This document shows positions 46,801-56,458 of a DNA stretch of 64,000 nt, one piece after another. Every line of letters starts with the position of its first letter. Position 1 is the stretch's first letter. Both the position numbers and the translations under genes were made by a program. Source of the stretch: a virus; the IMG/VR virus record IMGVR_UViG_3300030497_000008, positions 32,001 through 96,000 of that record; one strand, 5' to 3'. Below the pieces are notes generated by a model, which had not been told where the DNA came from, did no database searches, and saw only the letters and a program-made list of their open reading frames with translations.

Positions 46801-46955
46801 CTAATAATGGTCAATACGAGAAAGTCTTCTGGTTAAACGGAGACGAGACAGTTACTAAGAAACTTCGTGCAACACAGGAGATAAACTTAGGTAACGTTAA
46901 AGTTCTCGATGTTAACGGAGTAAATACAGGGTGGGCGTTCATTTCAAACTACTAA
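40860..46955 (+). CDS. large central tail spike/fibre protein with carbohydrate-binding-type modules
   Basis: 2031 aa; N-terminal spike/OB-like region, coiled coils, several RNL..PAPED-type beta modules. Confidence 0.8.
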   Translation: MSEFETPLSPLRIQAQLGKDVKRLYKEGSNIVTLSFAKVVKVNYKYNTVDVITTRHKNSTTKNPNDNGKFSAKLPIAFGGRTANGNVYGTNTLVTVGSTVLIGFLEGQVDNPIVINIYGENDNQSMLTRTTMTSGDDSEEIVQRELWQLFNLYPSMTYENIDGRGNREVTFSGKTFLYITDTDQENAYVQDGAFDYMDLPSSRYANGELIEPESPKAPTLLYVHQGIYDDHRFTVFIKSDGTFRVGSRHTKGDRHGITYQQMNPDGSFSIVKKNDTTDPEEESYDQSSMEILPNGNVLLQNPKHKFEITEEGVLVDGKEIGAGGGNGGGDYDDAIKEINDTLSKISITVKAVEGGLETKVEKDTYEIDLDEVKGAQERLLAEIKTHIADLKNALEDLRTFIGSGFPDGQVTDARKVELNKKLQNIDVLKSVVDGKYDEVMADPFIGDTSKVPLQNAKNKIDGYHQALHNVIDASITDGVLTAQEKSDINKAITNYVTSLADIEIVFASSIQESIKARLKEAVDNPVNYTSKEMLRQSSVLTQLFNSLTLKVSSEQLTSQVQNLESKMATKEEQKEIKNELEKVNEKVDGTLSNLPYRVEVSSTNGTIFVNDYIDTRIYAKIYKGAEDVTAQAALKDIIWTRVSDDTAADAAWNSSHVNIGDSFQASVNDVKDRATFFCAYKTPAVATGSITVANLRDITVSDKEPANPRNGTMWFDTKEGKLKIFLNNKWEVSSKDLDFNIRNLFLNSRDCTGGGWSFDRAARTNNQYQGTYIIETGNNWGSVDYACQNLFTRGVVKKGDKVTYCVLARLTGATGVSKDLRFYCENAAVNGSIIGQVTTEWKQFYVTIDIVDAMNTAGSKMRVEVADLEAASLKLQTTSPILVQGEVAVNWIPAPEDTQRDIDDLNTNVNSLGDDSKLTRFERSLVRTSLADITGVYYNPTDTPATIAQIDTAGYGKGKLYALRQQARNLGLDTTKSPNYKKLGDAYTALVTYLSGFTPKAWDTTSGAIVAIPDRAVWNKIWNDYNNFYALFEIEVQDRQKEFTEQETLKMQKETIGAISQVGNYDTATLINPTTTVTPPIATLGLPEFNGRTADARTIGGINILKGTKTAQTVVGENRPNQTKNIYDFADGNSASMIGKVHTVMFSWEITPDANGEIAGTMYMQGSNPYPAIASTTTFSTNNTRGVYTDLCTVPSGTASFISVNMRCDNMKGTLTISNMKIADGDIRRTIQYSPSPNEGYFDIGNRIRPVTNPTFYNGTQLTIFGKFHGMYGYVDRFYWNENGVATKEKYWEDLPLDDKQNWSLLDSRAGTSTQNKVVYSSGNGVYPRLFDDNSLPSNQTNRNGGSTASLVSNYVNLVCTNPSDSFFQIGGYDQGLHNFTNGEQLTISVDVNCDVTDAYVAFWFDDGNGWYESQRSVATTAGSWNRIVNTMTVPAKAQKCMWRVYFPRVEGSRGKTLRLKNVMVVAGTNSSWHEGNLSFYRRFKSTAVMPYQPSSQNLAQMADLNGFYMASRQDTNAPNQFTFDANKNELIVSVNDLDTGFDRAYASPTADEIKSYFLGWKLCDGTSVNSPYKGSGVKVWFPIGDTNLDRKYQSNDGKPPKDISPSFQERVKCQPYQFVGLLDTPVALEVEFEGILELLPKANAVTVAYPNWTPEISTGKYKYGINLATVNQDTRFLVPAMQKRISNAEQKITDKAITSTVINSIEYQLGLKEKANASDLSGLASKNELDKLSHDVDDRIQKNIDKLDFTPYVTKSDLEQTSLAWAARFLATGGMNIVNNSIGFAGMDFWFVDMPNTYNIPTVVATALLDSLGFGKGFQFKADNTKPKSMSQDLSTIPNQPYAISWYLDKFTGGANLVDHRFNIEILEQNDAGTWVVVTQLNNNNAKVTDGFEASYMTFTPTKGKVRLRITAGKSCEAIISGIMVNIGDVPIPWTLSTGELYNTNIQLNINGIRVSQLDANKNEIGYTMISPTEFAGYYSNNGQYEKVFWLNGDETVTKKLRATQEINLGNVKVLDVNGVNTGWAFISNY

Positions 46956-46967
46956 GGAGGTCATTCA

Positions 46968-49577
46968 ATGGCAAACGGTTCATTCACAGTCCCTACTACT
47001 AACCAATACGTAGTAGGGTGGTGTTACTGGGAGAGTTACCCTAATTACGAGGGTAACTATAGCCTAGTACAGGTTTCACTATTTTTCTCAAGAACAAACT
47101 CTGGATACGAAACAAAAGGTAGCGGAACATTTAGTGTCCAAACAAATCTAGGGCAATCCATAGTAAGGAGCACATCGTTCAGTATTACCCAAAACTCAAA
47201 TACACAGGTATTAACAGGTTCATTTACTGTAGCTCATAATGCTGATGGACGATTATCATTCCGTATGAGTGCTGGAGCTAGTACAAACGTATTCTCTAAC
47301 TTAGCAAATGGTATGGATTGTACGATGGATGCAATCCCTAGAGCAAGTACATTATCATCTAATATTGATTGGACGTTAGGTTTGACAGACCTTCCTATTA
47401 CGATAAATAGGTCTTCTTCTAACTTTGACCATATCATTCGTATTGGTATGACAAAACCAAATGGAGAGAAAGTTTTCTTAGCATGGCGAAGTGGAATTGG
47501 AGATAGTACAAACGTCCAGTTTACTATGGACGAGTTAACGCAATTCTATATTGGTATGGGGCAATTCGAAGAACGACCCGCTCACGTTATCGTACAAACA
47601 TGGAACAATGGTAACATAATCGGAGAGACAGAAAAGACAGGTGTTGTACGAGGAATCACTCCAGCTACCATGATATGTCCCGACTTCGATATCGGAGCTA
47701 CAAGCGTAGATACTACAACAGATTACTGGTATTCTAATTTTCAATATGACTTGACATTTACTTTTGGTAGCTTCTCTAAATTTTTTGGGGACATAAAGAA
47801 ATTCCCGAAAATGACGTTTACGCAAGATGACATCAATAAGATGTATAACCAAATTCCTAATGATAATTCTGGTAAAGCTACCTTAAAGGTTGTAACAAAG
47901 TACAACGGTGTTCTCGTCAATGATGGAATTCCTAAACCAGATACAACAACCATTACTGTTTATGCACGTAATAGCGCACCGACTTACAACGGCGGGATGA
48001 CGTATGCAGACATCAATACAGTAACTACCAATCTAACAAAGAATAACCAGTACATCGTACAGAACAACTCCAAGATTAGGGTTACACTTCCTGTAGCGAA
48101 TAAAGCACAAGCGAACAATGGAGCTACTATGAAGAGCTATGATGTTACCATTAACGGTGTTACGAAGTCTGTAAATTATTCTGATACAACAAATTTAACT
48201 GTTGATTTCGACCCAATAAATGTAAGTTCGAATACAGTGCTGCGCGTTGAGGCAGTAGATAGTAGGGGAAACAGGACGGCGGCAACTTCTGCTATATTAG
48301 TAGTAGCATATCAGCCACCTAAGGTATTCGGTGAAGCGAAAAGGAAAAATAATTTCGAAGAAGACACAGAGCTATACATGTATGGTTCTTATTCTCCTTT
48401 GATTATAGATTCTTTAGAGAGGAACACGCTTAAAACACCTGTGTATCGTTATAAACTGCTAACTAGTCCGAGTTACGGAGACCCAGTAACCATGATAGTT
48501 TCGAGAGAAGGTACAAACCAGTTCAAATCTAATAAGCCTATTCAGAAACTTGGGAATACTCAGTCATGGCAGGTAGAGTTCTCTATTACTGACCAGCTAA
48601 ACAATACGGATACGACTACCGTATATGTTCCTGTTGGTACGCCTCTCTTATTCCTAGATACTAAGATGAAGACTGTTGGTATTGGTAGATTACCGAAGTA
48701 CAGTGACTATACTCTTGAAGTTGGCGGTAGAACTTTAATAAACGGTACACTTCATACAAGCGCCGTCAACTTCCCTCGAACAGCTACAGGGGATAACCCT
48801 AATGGTTCATGGGATACATTTTATATGTTAGATAGCAAGCAGTACTTCAACAACCAGCCAGTACTAGAGCATATACTAGCCACACCGAACTTGAGATTGG
48901 GCGGTAACTTCTACGCCAGAAATACGGGAGGCGTTTATCTAGATTACTACGGAAATCTCATTGGGCAACCGACAGCAGGTAGTGGTAACTCGTTTAGTAT
49001 TATCGACGCCGACAACAAAGTGCGGTTCACCGCAGGTATCGGTAAAGGGAATACACTATCTACCGAAGTATCTAGTTATGGAGGGTATCTAAACCTAAAA
49101 CATGATAACTTTACTGTAGCTTCGTTCCGACAAAATAACAACGGCGGGAACTGCTTCATGCATTTAGGTAGAGGTATTGTAGCATATGAGGGTGGCGGTG
49201 ATGGTGGTAGAGGTTCTGTCGCATTCGCCAACAGTGCTTTTGACGCGTTGCTTATGATTCGTGCTAAAGGTGTTGATACGGGTTCTTCTCTTAAATTTAA
49301 AAAGAATGTTAAGCCGTTCCTCGATGATGTGCTAAGTATCATAAAGTCCACTAGCGCTTATAGCTACCATTACAAAGATGAAAGGGATGATTCAAAAAGA
49401 AGTCTAGGTCTTGTTACAGAGTATTCTCCTAGCATCATCAAAGGTAAAGATGGTGACACTATATCTCAATATTCTATGTCCACATATATGTGGCGTGGAA
49501 TACAGCAACTAATTGCTAGAATAGAAAAAATAGAAACTAAACTAGAAGAGAAGGAGCAAGAAAATGAGCGAAAATAA
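46968..49577 (+). CDS. tail fibre/minor tail protein (DUF859-like N-terminus) with C-terminal intramolecular chaperone (peptidase S74-like)
   Basis: VAHNADG..IPRAS; C-terminal SSLKFKKNVK..LGLVTE..GIQQLIARIEKIE. Confidence 0.78.
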   Translation: MANGSFTVPTTNQYVVGWCYWESYPNYEGNYSLVQVSLFFSRTNSGYETKGSGTFSVQTNLGQSIVRSTSFSITQNSNTQVLTGSFTVAHNADGRLSFRMSAGASTNVFSNLANGMDCTMDAIPRASTLSSNIDWTLGLTDLPITINRSSSNFDHIIRIGMTKPNGEKVFLAWRSGIGDSTNVQFTMDELTQFYIGMGQFEERPAHVIVQTWNNGNIIGETEKTGVVRGITPATMICPDFDIGATSVDTTTDYWYSNFQYDLTFTFGSFSKFFGDIKKFPKMTFTQDDINKMYNQIPNDNSGKATLKVVTKYNGVLVNDGIPKPDTTTITVYARNSAPTYNGGMTYADINTVTTNLTKNNQYIVQNNSKIRVTLPVANKAQANNGATMKSYDVTINGVTKSVNYSDTTNLTVDFDPINVSSNTVLRVEAVDSRGNRTAATSAILVVAYQPPKVFGEAKRKNNFEEDTELYMYGSYSPLIIDSLERNTLKTPVYRYKLLTSPSYGDPVTMIVSREGTNQFKSNKPIQKLGNTQSWQVEFSITDQLNNTDTTTVYVPVGTPLLFLDTKMKTVGIGRLPKYSDYTLEVGGRTLINGTLHTSAVNFPRTATGDNPNGSWDTFYMLDSKQYFNNQPVLEHILATPNLRLGGNFYARNTGGVYLDYYGNLIGQPTAGSGNSFSIIDADNKVRFTAGIGKGNTLSTEVSSYGGYLNLKHDNFTVASFRQNNNGGNCFMHLGRGIVAYEGGGDGGRGSVAFANSAFDALLMIRAKGVDTGSSLKFKKNVKPFLDDVLSIIKSTSAYSYHYKDERDDSKRSLGLVTEYSPSIIKGKDGDTISQYSMSTYMWRGIQQLIARIEKIETKLEEKEQENERK

Positions 49578-49983
49578 CTTAATTAACCCAGAAAGCAGTC
49601 CAATAATTATTGAATCACCAGAGTACCCAAAATACTTTAAAGAAATAACATGGCAGTATAATTGGCAGAAATCTGATACATACGCAGTACTACAAGATGT
49701 CCATGATTATGTATATTGGAACGGTGCAGGTCAAGAGATTACATCTAAGAGAATATATTTTGCTGATGCAGGTTTCCATCAAGGCGGAGATAAGGACGGT
49801 CAACCTTACGTAGATAACAAGACTTTCCCTGACTTCGCTAAGACAACTTGTGATGCACTAGTATTTGATACAATCAAGAGAAAACTAGGTAAGGTTAAAC
49901 TAGGCGCTATGCGATTCTTTGTAGCAACATACCCATTAACAGTAGATGATGTATTTCCAAAAGAGACGGGGGAAACTAAATGA
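49564..49983 (+). CDS. hypothetical protein (tail-fibre associated)
   Basis: 139 aa, SD AAGGAG. Confidence 0.7.
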   Translation: MSENNLINPESSPIIIESPEYPKYFKEITWQYNWQKSDTYAVLQDVHDYVYWNGAGQEITSKRIYFADAGFHQGGDKDGQPYVDNKTFPDFAKTTCDALVFDTIKRKLGKVKLGAMRFFVATYPLTVDDVFPKETGETK

Positions 49984-50477
49984 TTATAGATAACATGAAA
50001 CCTTATGAGCACGAGTTAGTAACTAAAGGCTTCGATGGCATGAGTGTAATCAACCAAAACGAGTTGATTGCTAAATTAGCGAATAACTTTGGCGTTTCTT
50101 ATTTCAACGTAGAGCATAGTATGATTCTAGATGTTCACAAAACGTTAAAACTTAAAATGCTTGAGGAAGATTATAACATGACTATCGATAGCGGTTACTT
50201 TGACATGGCTAATAACCACTTGTATGACATGAGTACAAGCAGCCAAGCGGACTTTAACAGCGTTCGTATTTTACTTGAAAGCAAACCACAAGAGCATATT
50301 AACTGGATGACCGAGGATTCTGGAGAGGTTTCACATACTTCCGCAGAATGGTTAGCTGTGTTTGAAGGTTTCACTCTTTACAAACAAGAACTTAAACACA
50401 AGTATATTAGTCTATGTAAAAAGACTACAGATGCAACATCACATCAAGAGATTCTAGACATTAAGTGGGACGCGTAA
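49980..50477 (+). CDS. putative tail fibre assembly protein (DUF4376-like)
   Basis: INWMTED and C-terminal ATSHQEILDIKW. Confidence 0.6.
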   Translation: MIIDNMKPYEHELVTKGFDGMSVINQNELIAKLANNFGVSYFNVEHSMILDVHKTLKLKMLEEDYNMTIDSGYFDMANNHLYDMSTSSQADFNSVRILLESKPQEHINWMTEDSGEVSHTSAEWLAVFEGFTLYKQELKHKYISLCKKTTDATSHQEILDIKWDA

Positions 50478-50533
50478 TCAATCGCATCCCGCTTCGTGGT
50501 ATAATTAAGGTATAACCAATTAGGAGGAATTAT

Positions 50534-50740
50534 ATGAATTTACCAGAACAACAAGGACAACCTATTGACCCGAATTTTTTGCTTGAAGAGCAAGGAGAGT
50601 TAATCAATAGATTAACACATGAGAATCTATCACTACGAGCTTACATTAAACAGGTTCTTGCAGATAACCAATTGATGATGGAAAAGTTGAACGAAGCAGT
50701 AAAACAACTTGAGCCAGAGGATGAACCAGAAGAATCCTAA
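50534..50740 (+). CDS. small coiled-coil protein
   Basis: 68 aa, SD AGGAGG. Confidence 0.7.
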   Translation: MNLPEQQGQPIDPNFLLEEQGELINRLTHENLSLRAYIKQVLADNQLMMEKLNEAVKQLEPEDEPEES

Positions 50741-50754
50741 TAAATACTTCACTA

Positions 50755-50781
50755 AGGACAGGATAATTTCTGTCCTTTTTT
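50755..50781 (+). terminator. intrinsic terminator
   Basis: AAGGACAG/CTGTCCTT followed by a T-run. Confidence 0.75.
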
Positions 50782-50825
50782 GTTCTATGTACTATATTAA
50801 AAATAGAAAGATAGGAGGTAACTAA

Positions 50826-51626
50826 ATGACAATTTCAGATGGACGTACTAGACTACAACGTATCGCCTTCTCTGTAGGTGGTAGAACGTTCCGATTCGCA
50901 CTAAACCCAGAATCCATGAACCACGTAGCACCTCATAGAACAACAGCTTTAAAGACTAAGAGTCGTATCATCATTGAGGATTTCCAAGCTGATATCCCAA
51001 CTATCACCATCTCTGGTACAACTGGATACAATCCTACTGGACGAGCAGAAGACCGTGGTGTAGCTAAGATTAAAGAAATGAAGAAGTTCATAGAGGATTA
51101 TGCAGGAACAGGTGGTAATGGTAAGACAGGTAAGGCAGAGTTTTATTTCCATAACTTTACCAATGACGAGAGCTTCGTTGTTCACTTAGCTCCAGAGGGT
51201 ATATCGGTCAGTCAATCTGCGGATGCCCCGCTACTTTACAAATATGAGATTAAGTTAATTATCATTCGTAAAGCTTCTGAACCTGCGGACGCTGATGTAA
51301 TTAACCCAGAAATAGGTAATAGATTCCCTTCACTACCGAACGGAGGTAATTACAAGCCATCCCCTACTTATCCGATTTTACCAACACCTATGCCAAATAG
51401 ACCAAATACAGGTACTCCTACACCTACGCCTATGCCAAATAGACCAAACTCTAATAACGGTAGTGGTAACGTAGGTGACGATGTGTATAACAAAGGTAAT
51501 GGAGGCGGATACGTACCGAACAAAGATGGTACAGTCGTGAATCCTCAAGTACCTTCCCAAATGACATATCAGTACGGGATGTCTAGTTTAGGATTTAACA
51601 TAGGATATTACGGAAGGTGGGCTTAA
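50826..51626 (+). CDS. baseplate protein with Pro-rich linker
   Basis: FALNPE, ITISGTTG, FYFHNFT; position. Confidence 0.7.
   Translation: MTISDGRTRLQRIAFSVGGRTFRFALNPESMNHVAPHRTTALKTKSRIIIEDFQADIPTITISGTTGYNPTGRAEDRGVAKIKEMKKFIEDYAGTGGNGKTGKAEFYFHNFTNDESFVVHLAPEGISVSQSADAPLLYKYEIKLIIIRKASEPADADVINPEIGNRFPSLPNGGNYKPSPTYPILPTPMPNRPNTGTPTPTPMPNRPNSNNGSGNVGDDVYNKGNGGGYVPNKDGTVVNPQVPSQMTYQYGMSSLGFNIGYYGRWA
51387..51448 (+). repeat. 20-bp in-frame direct repeat (PMPNRPN x2)
   Basis: CCTATGCCAAATAGACCAAA at 51387-51406 and 51429-51448. Confidence 0.85.
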
Positions 51627-51627
51627 G

Positions 51628-52164
51628 ATGACTAGAAGTGTAACAGCAAAGCCAAATGTACTTGTTCGATTCGTATCAGGTATTAGTCCAATGCCAGACG
51701 GGACAATCCCTTTCAACCTATTGAACGATGCACCACTATTTCAATCCAGAATATACAAACCTGTATTTAGCCTATCGTCAGTAGCAATGATTGTACTAGG
51801 TAAGATTAATCAAGGACTTGTAGAGACGGTTGACATAGATATAGACGACAATACGATTGTCAAGAAAGTAATGAATTCCGATTTAGCAACAACAAACCCT
51901 CGAATCTATACATTGATTGTTTCAACGATTCTAGAGTCATTTGCTATATTGTATACGATAGAGTCAGAAAGTTCTGACTTGCAATACCTGACAAAGAAAG
52001 ATTTCAAAAGAATTCGAGAGAATATCAACTACATAGCAGACTTCTTAAGTACGAATCGTAAGTACCGAGGAATGATTGAAGAGTTTCGTATTTCAAACAT
52101 ATCTTTAGGATATCTAGAGAATCAAGTCGAGTACATATTAACAGAAAGGGCGGAGACATTGTAA
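51628..52164 (+). CDS. baseplate-region protein
   Basis: 178 aa; position. Confidence 0.65.
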   Translation: MTRSVTAKPNVLVRFVSGISPMPDGTIPFNLLNDAPLFQSRIYKPVFSLSSVAMIVLGKINQGLVETVDIDIDDNTIVKKVMNSDLATTNPRIYTLIVSTILESFAILYTIESESSDLQYLTKKDFKRIRENINYIADFLSTNRKYRGMIEEFRISNISLGYLENQVEYILTERAETL

Positions 52165-52883
52165 TGGTTCAATTCTTAAGAAAGATTATATCTTCGGGTG
52201 ATACCTTACAGTCTATCGCCCAACACCATTTAGGGGATGTGTCGAGATGGAGAGAGTTAGCAACTTTAAATAACTTAAGATATCCGTACATCGTAGAAAC
52301 AAATCAAGAGAAGCTTAAAAATCCTGACCACCTAATAACAGTAGGTGACACAATCATGTACCAAGTAGAAGATGGAAATCGAGACCAGATTGTAACAGCA
52401 CTTAAGAATGGTGCGGTCTATGATAAAGAGGAAATCTATGCTATGGCTCTAGGTAAAGATTTATACGTATTACCGAAGCCAGATGAGACTAAAGCCTCTG
52501 GATGGAATTCAGAGATACTAGGGCTTACTGCAAGTCCTAGAAAAGATTTACAGACAATCCAAGGTATCAATAACTTAAAGCAATCTCTACTAATGCGATT
52601 ACTCACACCACGCGGCAGCTACTTAAATCATCCGAACTACGGTTCATTCTTAGATGACTATCTAGGTCGTAAGAGTACAGAGGAGAATATCACTATTATT
52701 CTAGCAGAGATAGAAAGAACAATCCGAACAGACGGACGAGTTAAATCTGTTGAGCGTGTCAACTATTATTTAGATGGCAATACCTTAGTAGTATCTCTAC
52801 AGATAACTGCTATCTCCATCGATGAAGCTTTCGACATGGTATTGTCTGCTAAAGAGAGCGGAGAAATTACACTACTAAACTAA
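52164..52883 (+). CDS. baseplate wedge protein (LysM plus gp25/GPW-like)
   Basis: GDTLQSIAQHHLGD..WRELA; LLTPRGSYLNHPNYGS. Confidence 0.85.
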   Translation: MVQFLRKIISSGDTLQSIAQHHLGDVSRWRELATLNNLRYPYIVETNQEKLKNPDHLITVGDTIMYQVEDGNRDQIVTALKNGAVYDKEEIYAMALGKDLYVLPKPDETKASGWNSEILGLTASPRKDLQTIQGINNLKQSLLMRLLTPRGSYLNHPNYGSFLDDYLGRKSTEENITIILAEIERTIRTDGRVKSVERVNYYLDGNTLVVSLQITAISIDEAFDMVLSAKESGEITLLN

Positions 52884-52894
52884 GGAGGATACAT

Positions 52895-53941
52895 ATGAAG
52901 TTTAAAAGTATGACAGACATATATGCAAGGTTGGTTGACAATACAATCACCAACACAAATAAAATCAGTGACTTCTCTGTAGGTAGTGCAATCCGTGCTA
53001 TCTACGAAGCTATCTCGATGGAGGTCGAACAGTTCTACGTATTGACAGAGGAGAACCTTTCAGAAGCAATCCAATCGGGTGTCTATGAATCTTTTGGATT
53101 TAAACGAAAGCAACCGCAAAGAGCTTACACAACGATGCGGATTACCTTCCACAACCCAGTACAAGTTAACATGCCTTTACCTCGTGGTACAAGATTCACA
53201 TCTAGTTATCCTGAGTATGCAAATGTTTATGAAGTCATTGAGGACTACTACATCCCCGCGGGAGCAGTTACCGCAGAATTCCAAGTGTATTGTTTAATCG
53301 CTGGAGAGATTGGTAACGTACCAGCAAATGCGATTGATATCATGATGACACCTTTATCAAACGTAAAAGATGTAACAAATCCAAATGCAGTTCAAACAGG
53401 TCAAGATGAAGAGCCACTAGACGAATTAAAATCCCGTTTCCGCTCTTATATCGAATCCCTAAGTAAAGGTACTGTTCCAGCAATTGAATACGGTACACGG
53501 TTAGTTCCTGAGGTCTCAGGGGTATACATACAAGAGATGATTGGTAAGATTATTGTTTATGCTCATGACAAGAACGGAGATTTACCAGACAATGTAAAAC
53601 TTGCTATCGAAGCATCACTAAAGAACTACAAAGCAGCAGGTATCGCATTAGAAGTAAAACCAGTAGCACGTAAAGCAGTTGATGTCGAGGTAACTGTTAC
53701 AGTATCTATAAAAACAGCTATTACAAAAGCGCTGGAAGATAGAATCAGATTCTCTATTGAAAGCTATCTAAATAACATGCAGACGTCCCAGAATCTAATT
53801 CTTAGTGATTTGTCCTGTATAATTAAAGGAGTAGACAAGCAATTAGTTTACGATATCCAATACAAAAAACCTACAGCTAACATCGTAGTAAAAGGTAATG
53901 AAATTATCAGAAGTGGGAACATAAAAGTTAATTTAGTTTAG
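52895..53941 (+). CDS. baseplate J-like protein
   Basis: DFSVGSAIRAIYEA, GEIGNVPAN, GQDEE..ELKSRF. Confidence 0.9.
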   Translation: MKFKSMTDIYARLVDNTITNTNKISDFSVGSAIRAIYEAISMEVEQFYVLTEENLSEAIQSGVYESFGFKRKQPQRAYTTMRITFHNPVQVNMPLPRGTRFTSSYPEYANVYEVIEDYYIPAGAVTAEFQVYCLIAGEIGNVPANAIDIMMTPLSNVKDVTNPNAVQTGQDEEPLDELKSRFRSYIESLSKGTVPAIEYGTRLVPEVSGVYIQEMIGKIIVYAHDKNGDLPDNVKLAIEASLKNYKAAGIALEVKPVARKAVDVEVTVTVSIKTAITKALEDRIRFSIESYLNNMQTSQNLILSDLSCIIKGVDKQLVYDIQYKKPTANIVVKGNEIIRSGNIKVNLV

Positions 53942-53951
53942 GAGGGCTTAT

Positions 53952-56456
53952 ATGAGCTTTACAAAGTATTTACACCCTCTATGGCGAACACTACTAACGA
54001 AGGACGGAGACACTCACAACGCCGTCCTAGCATCGTTAGAAGATGCATTTAAAACCGTTGAAAGTGACGCTATAGACAGTCGATTAGAAGCGAGCTTACC
54101 TACCGCTACTGGAGAGTGGTTAGATGAATTCGGAGATATCTTCGGAGTATTCCGTAAAGATGGTGAGAAAGATGATGACTATAGACGACGAATTGTCAAC
54201 TATATTTTAATAGAGCGTGGAACAACAGTATCAATAGAGGATGCAATCCAGAAATTCTTAGACGACCCAACAGCTAAGATTGAAATCTATGAACCATACA
54301 AGAATGTATTCATCCTTAATAAATCAAAGTTGAACGGTGAAGACCATATATTAGGTCGATACTATACATCCGCAGTAATTGATGTACGGTTAATGAAGCA
54401 CGTACCCTTAGAGCTGCTAGATGAGATTGAGAAGTACAAGCCAGCAGGTGTTAAGGCAATGGTCACACGTAATCCAAATAGACTAAGAGATGATGCTGTT
54501 ATCGCTAACAAGCGCATTATCAATCTTAGAAACTTATTAGTAAAGACTAAAAACTATTCTGGTAACGATGACCCGTGGAGTTACAATCCTACTACCGTAA
54601 CAATCTTACCTAAAATACAGTCAGGAACAAAGGTTGCACAAACTTCCGTTAACTGGGGAAGTATCAGGTATAACGTTCCTAGTATCATAAACCGAGGAGC
54701 TGCTAAAGTAGGTGATACCGTAACGTACGCGCAAGATGTTCGAGTTACGAATAATTTCTTCGTTAACGGTAACTTCTTAAATGGCATCGAACCTTCATCA
54801 ACTACCTATCCGCAAGGATTAACATTAGGTACAGACCCGACTTACGGTAACATCGCTACCATGACTTCTTTAAACGCAACAATAGATTCTTGGAGAGGTA
54901 TTAGGCAGCCGCTTAGTAGCAGTAATATTACCTCACTAAAGAAAGGTGAACTAATCCGTGTCTCATTTAAATATAGAATCAATGCAACTACTGTGGAGCA
55001 ATCTGGTGTAGGGGTTGAGATAAAGGGTAAGGACTCTACAGGTAAAGACAAAAACGTTTGGTTAGGGCAGCAGCTACCACCTAGCGCAACTGTAGGCGTA
55101 TGGACACAATACGAAAATACAGTAGCTATAGCAGATGATGTAACAGAGCCCTACTTCTTCACTTGGTTACGTCAGAATGGAAGCTTCTCCATTACAGATA
55201 TCGAGATAACAAAGATGGATTTAATCAAAACCATGCCAGTTAAGTTCTTCTGTGATGGCAGCTCTAAAGGTGGTACAGTTGTCGGTACTGCTACAGCAGA
55301 TTGGCAACGATTCAGTATAACTATCCCGTTAGAACAGGGCATCATCTCGAACAACGGTAAACTGAGATACGAGGTAGACATACTTGGAGGAACAGGTAAC
55401 GTGTTTCAAACAGCAGCACAAACACTAGTTGTCGGAACTACTCCGTTAAACTACACAGCAGCTCCAGAAGATTTCGGAGCTAAAATAGAAGACTACGATA
55501 TCCAAGAGAAAATAGCATCGTTAATATCTAAAAAGGACTCTACTTATTTAAGACTTCTTGACAATGGTATAATAGGTTATAAGAGGATAGATAAGATGAT
55601 TCCTCTGATTCCCGTTGAAGGTAATGAGCAAAAGAAATACCCTAAGCTCAAATATAAGAATAAAGATTTCTTTATGATTCCTTTAGCTAAGATGAAGAGC
55701 GAAAATGTAAATCTCTTATATTACCAAGCTACAGTGAAAGGTGGAGCGCTGGGTAACAAAGGGTATTTAGAAAGACACATCGAAGAGCAGCCAATATCAA
55801 AGGTAGGTCACAAGGACATCCTACTACCGAACGATGTAACAAAATCTGGTAGTATCTCTCATGTTGAATATTTACCTTCGTATACAAAGAACATCGTATT
55901 GAATGGTTCATGTAACAACGTATATCCGTTCGTCTACTCAGATGATGTCAGAAGCGATAGACCAGATGACATGAAAACATTGAGATTCCAAAGATGCGAT
56001 ACAGCGTTTAAAGAGGACTACATAGAGATGACTTGCAAAGACTCTAATGATTCATTTTTACAGTTAGGTCAGTATTGGCAAGAACTAGTAAACTTCTCTA
56101 AAGACGATAAGGTATCTGTATCTTTCGACCTTTACTCAGATGTACCTAACGCAAACGTAGTGTTCTTCTATCACAATGGGACACTATGGCAAGAGTCACC
56201 ACATATCGTCACAGCGAAAACAGGTGAATGGAGTAGAATAACTTTCACTGAACCGATGCGCTCAACAGCTCAACATATTATGTGGCGTATCCGATTCCCT
56301 CGTGTAGCATCCTCTACTGGTGCGAAGATGCGAATAAAAAATATCTGCATCAACAAGGGAGACCCAATACCATATGAAGAAGGTAAAGCAACACAACTTC
56401 GAGCAGATAACCTAAACATGGTCGAAGAGTTCGTAATTAAAATTTCTAATAAGTAG
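53952..56456 (+). CDS. baseplate wedge protein with carbohydrate-binding-type modules
   Basis: ATGEWLDEFGDIFGVFR..YRRRI..KPAGV N-terminal domain; C-terminal beta modules. Confidence 0.8.
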   Translation: MSFTKYLHPLWRTLLTKDGDTHNAVLASLEDAFKTVESDAIDSRLEASLPTATGEWLDEFGDIFGVFRKDGEKDDDYRRRIVNYILIERGTTVSIEDAIQKFLDDPTAKIEIYEPYKNVFILNKSKLNGEDHILGRYYTSAVIDVRLMKHVPLELLDEIEKYKPAGVKAMVTRNPNRLRDDAVIANKRIINLRNLLVKTKNYSGNDDPWSYNPTTVTILPKIQSGTKVAQTSVNWGSIRYNVPSIINRGAAKVGDTVTYAQDVRVTNNFFVNGNFLNGIEPSSTTYPQGLTLGTDPTYGNIATMTSLNATIDSWRGIRQPLSSSNITSLKKGELIRVSFKYRINATTVEQSGVGVEIKGKDSTGKDKNVWLGQQLPPSATVGVWTQYENTVAIADDVTEPYFFTWLRQNGSFSITDIEITKMDLIKTMPVKFFCDGSSKGGTVVGTATADWQRFSITIPLEQGIISNNGKLRYEVDILGGTGNVFQTAAQTLVVGTTPLNYTAAPEDFGAKIEDYDIQEKIASLISKKDSTYLRLLDNGIIGYKRIDKMIPLIPVEGNEQKKYPKLKYKNKDFFMIPLAKMKSENVNLLYYQATVKGGALGNKGYLERHIEEQPISKVGHKDILLPNDVTKSGSISHVEYLPSYTKNIVLNGSCNNVYPFVYSDDVRSDRPDDMKTLRFQRCDTAFKEDYIEMTCKDSNDSFLQLGQYWQELVNFSKDDKVSVSFDLYSDVPNANVVFFYHNGTLWQESPHIVTAKTGEWSRITFTEPMRSTAQHIMWRIRFPRVASSTGAKMRIKNICINKGDPIPYEEGKATQLRADNLNMVEEFVIKISNK

Positions 56457-56458
56457 GA

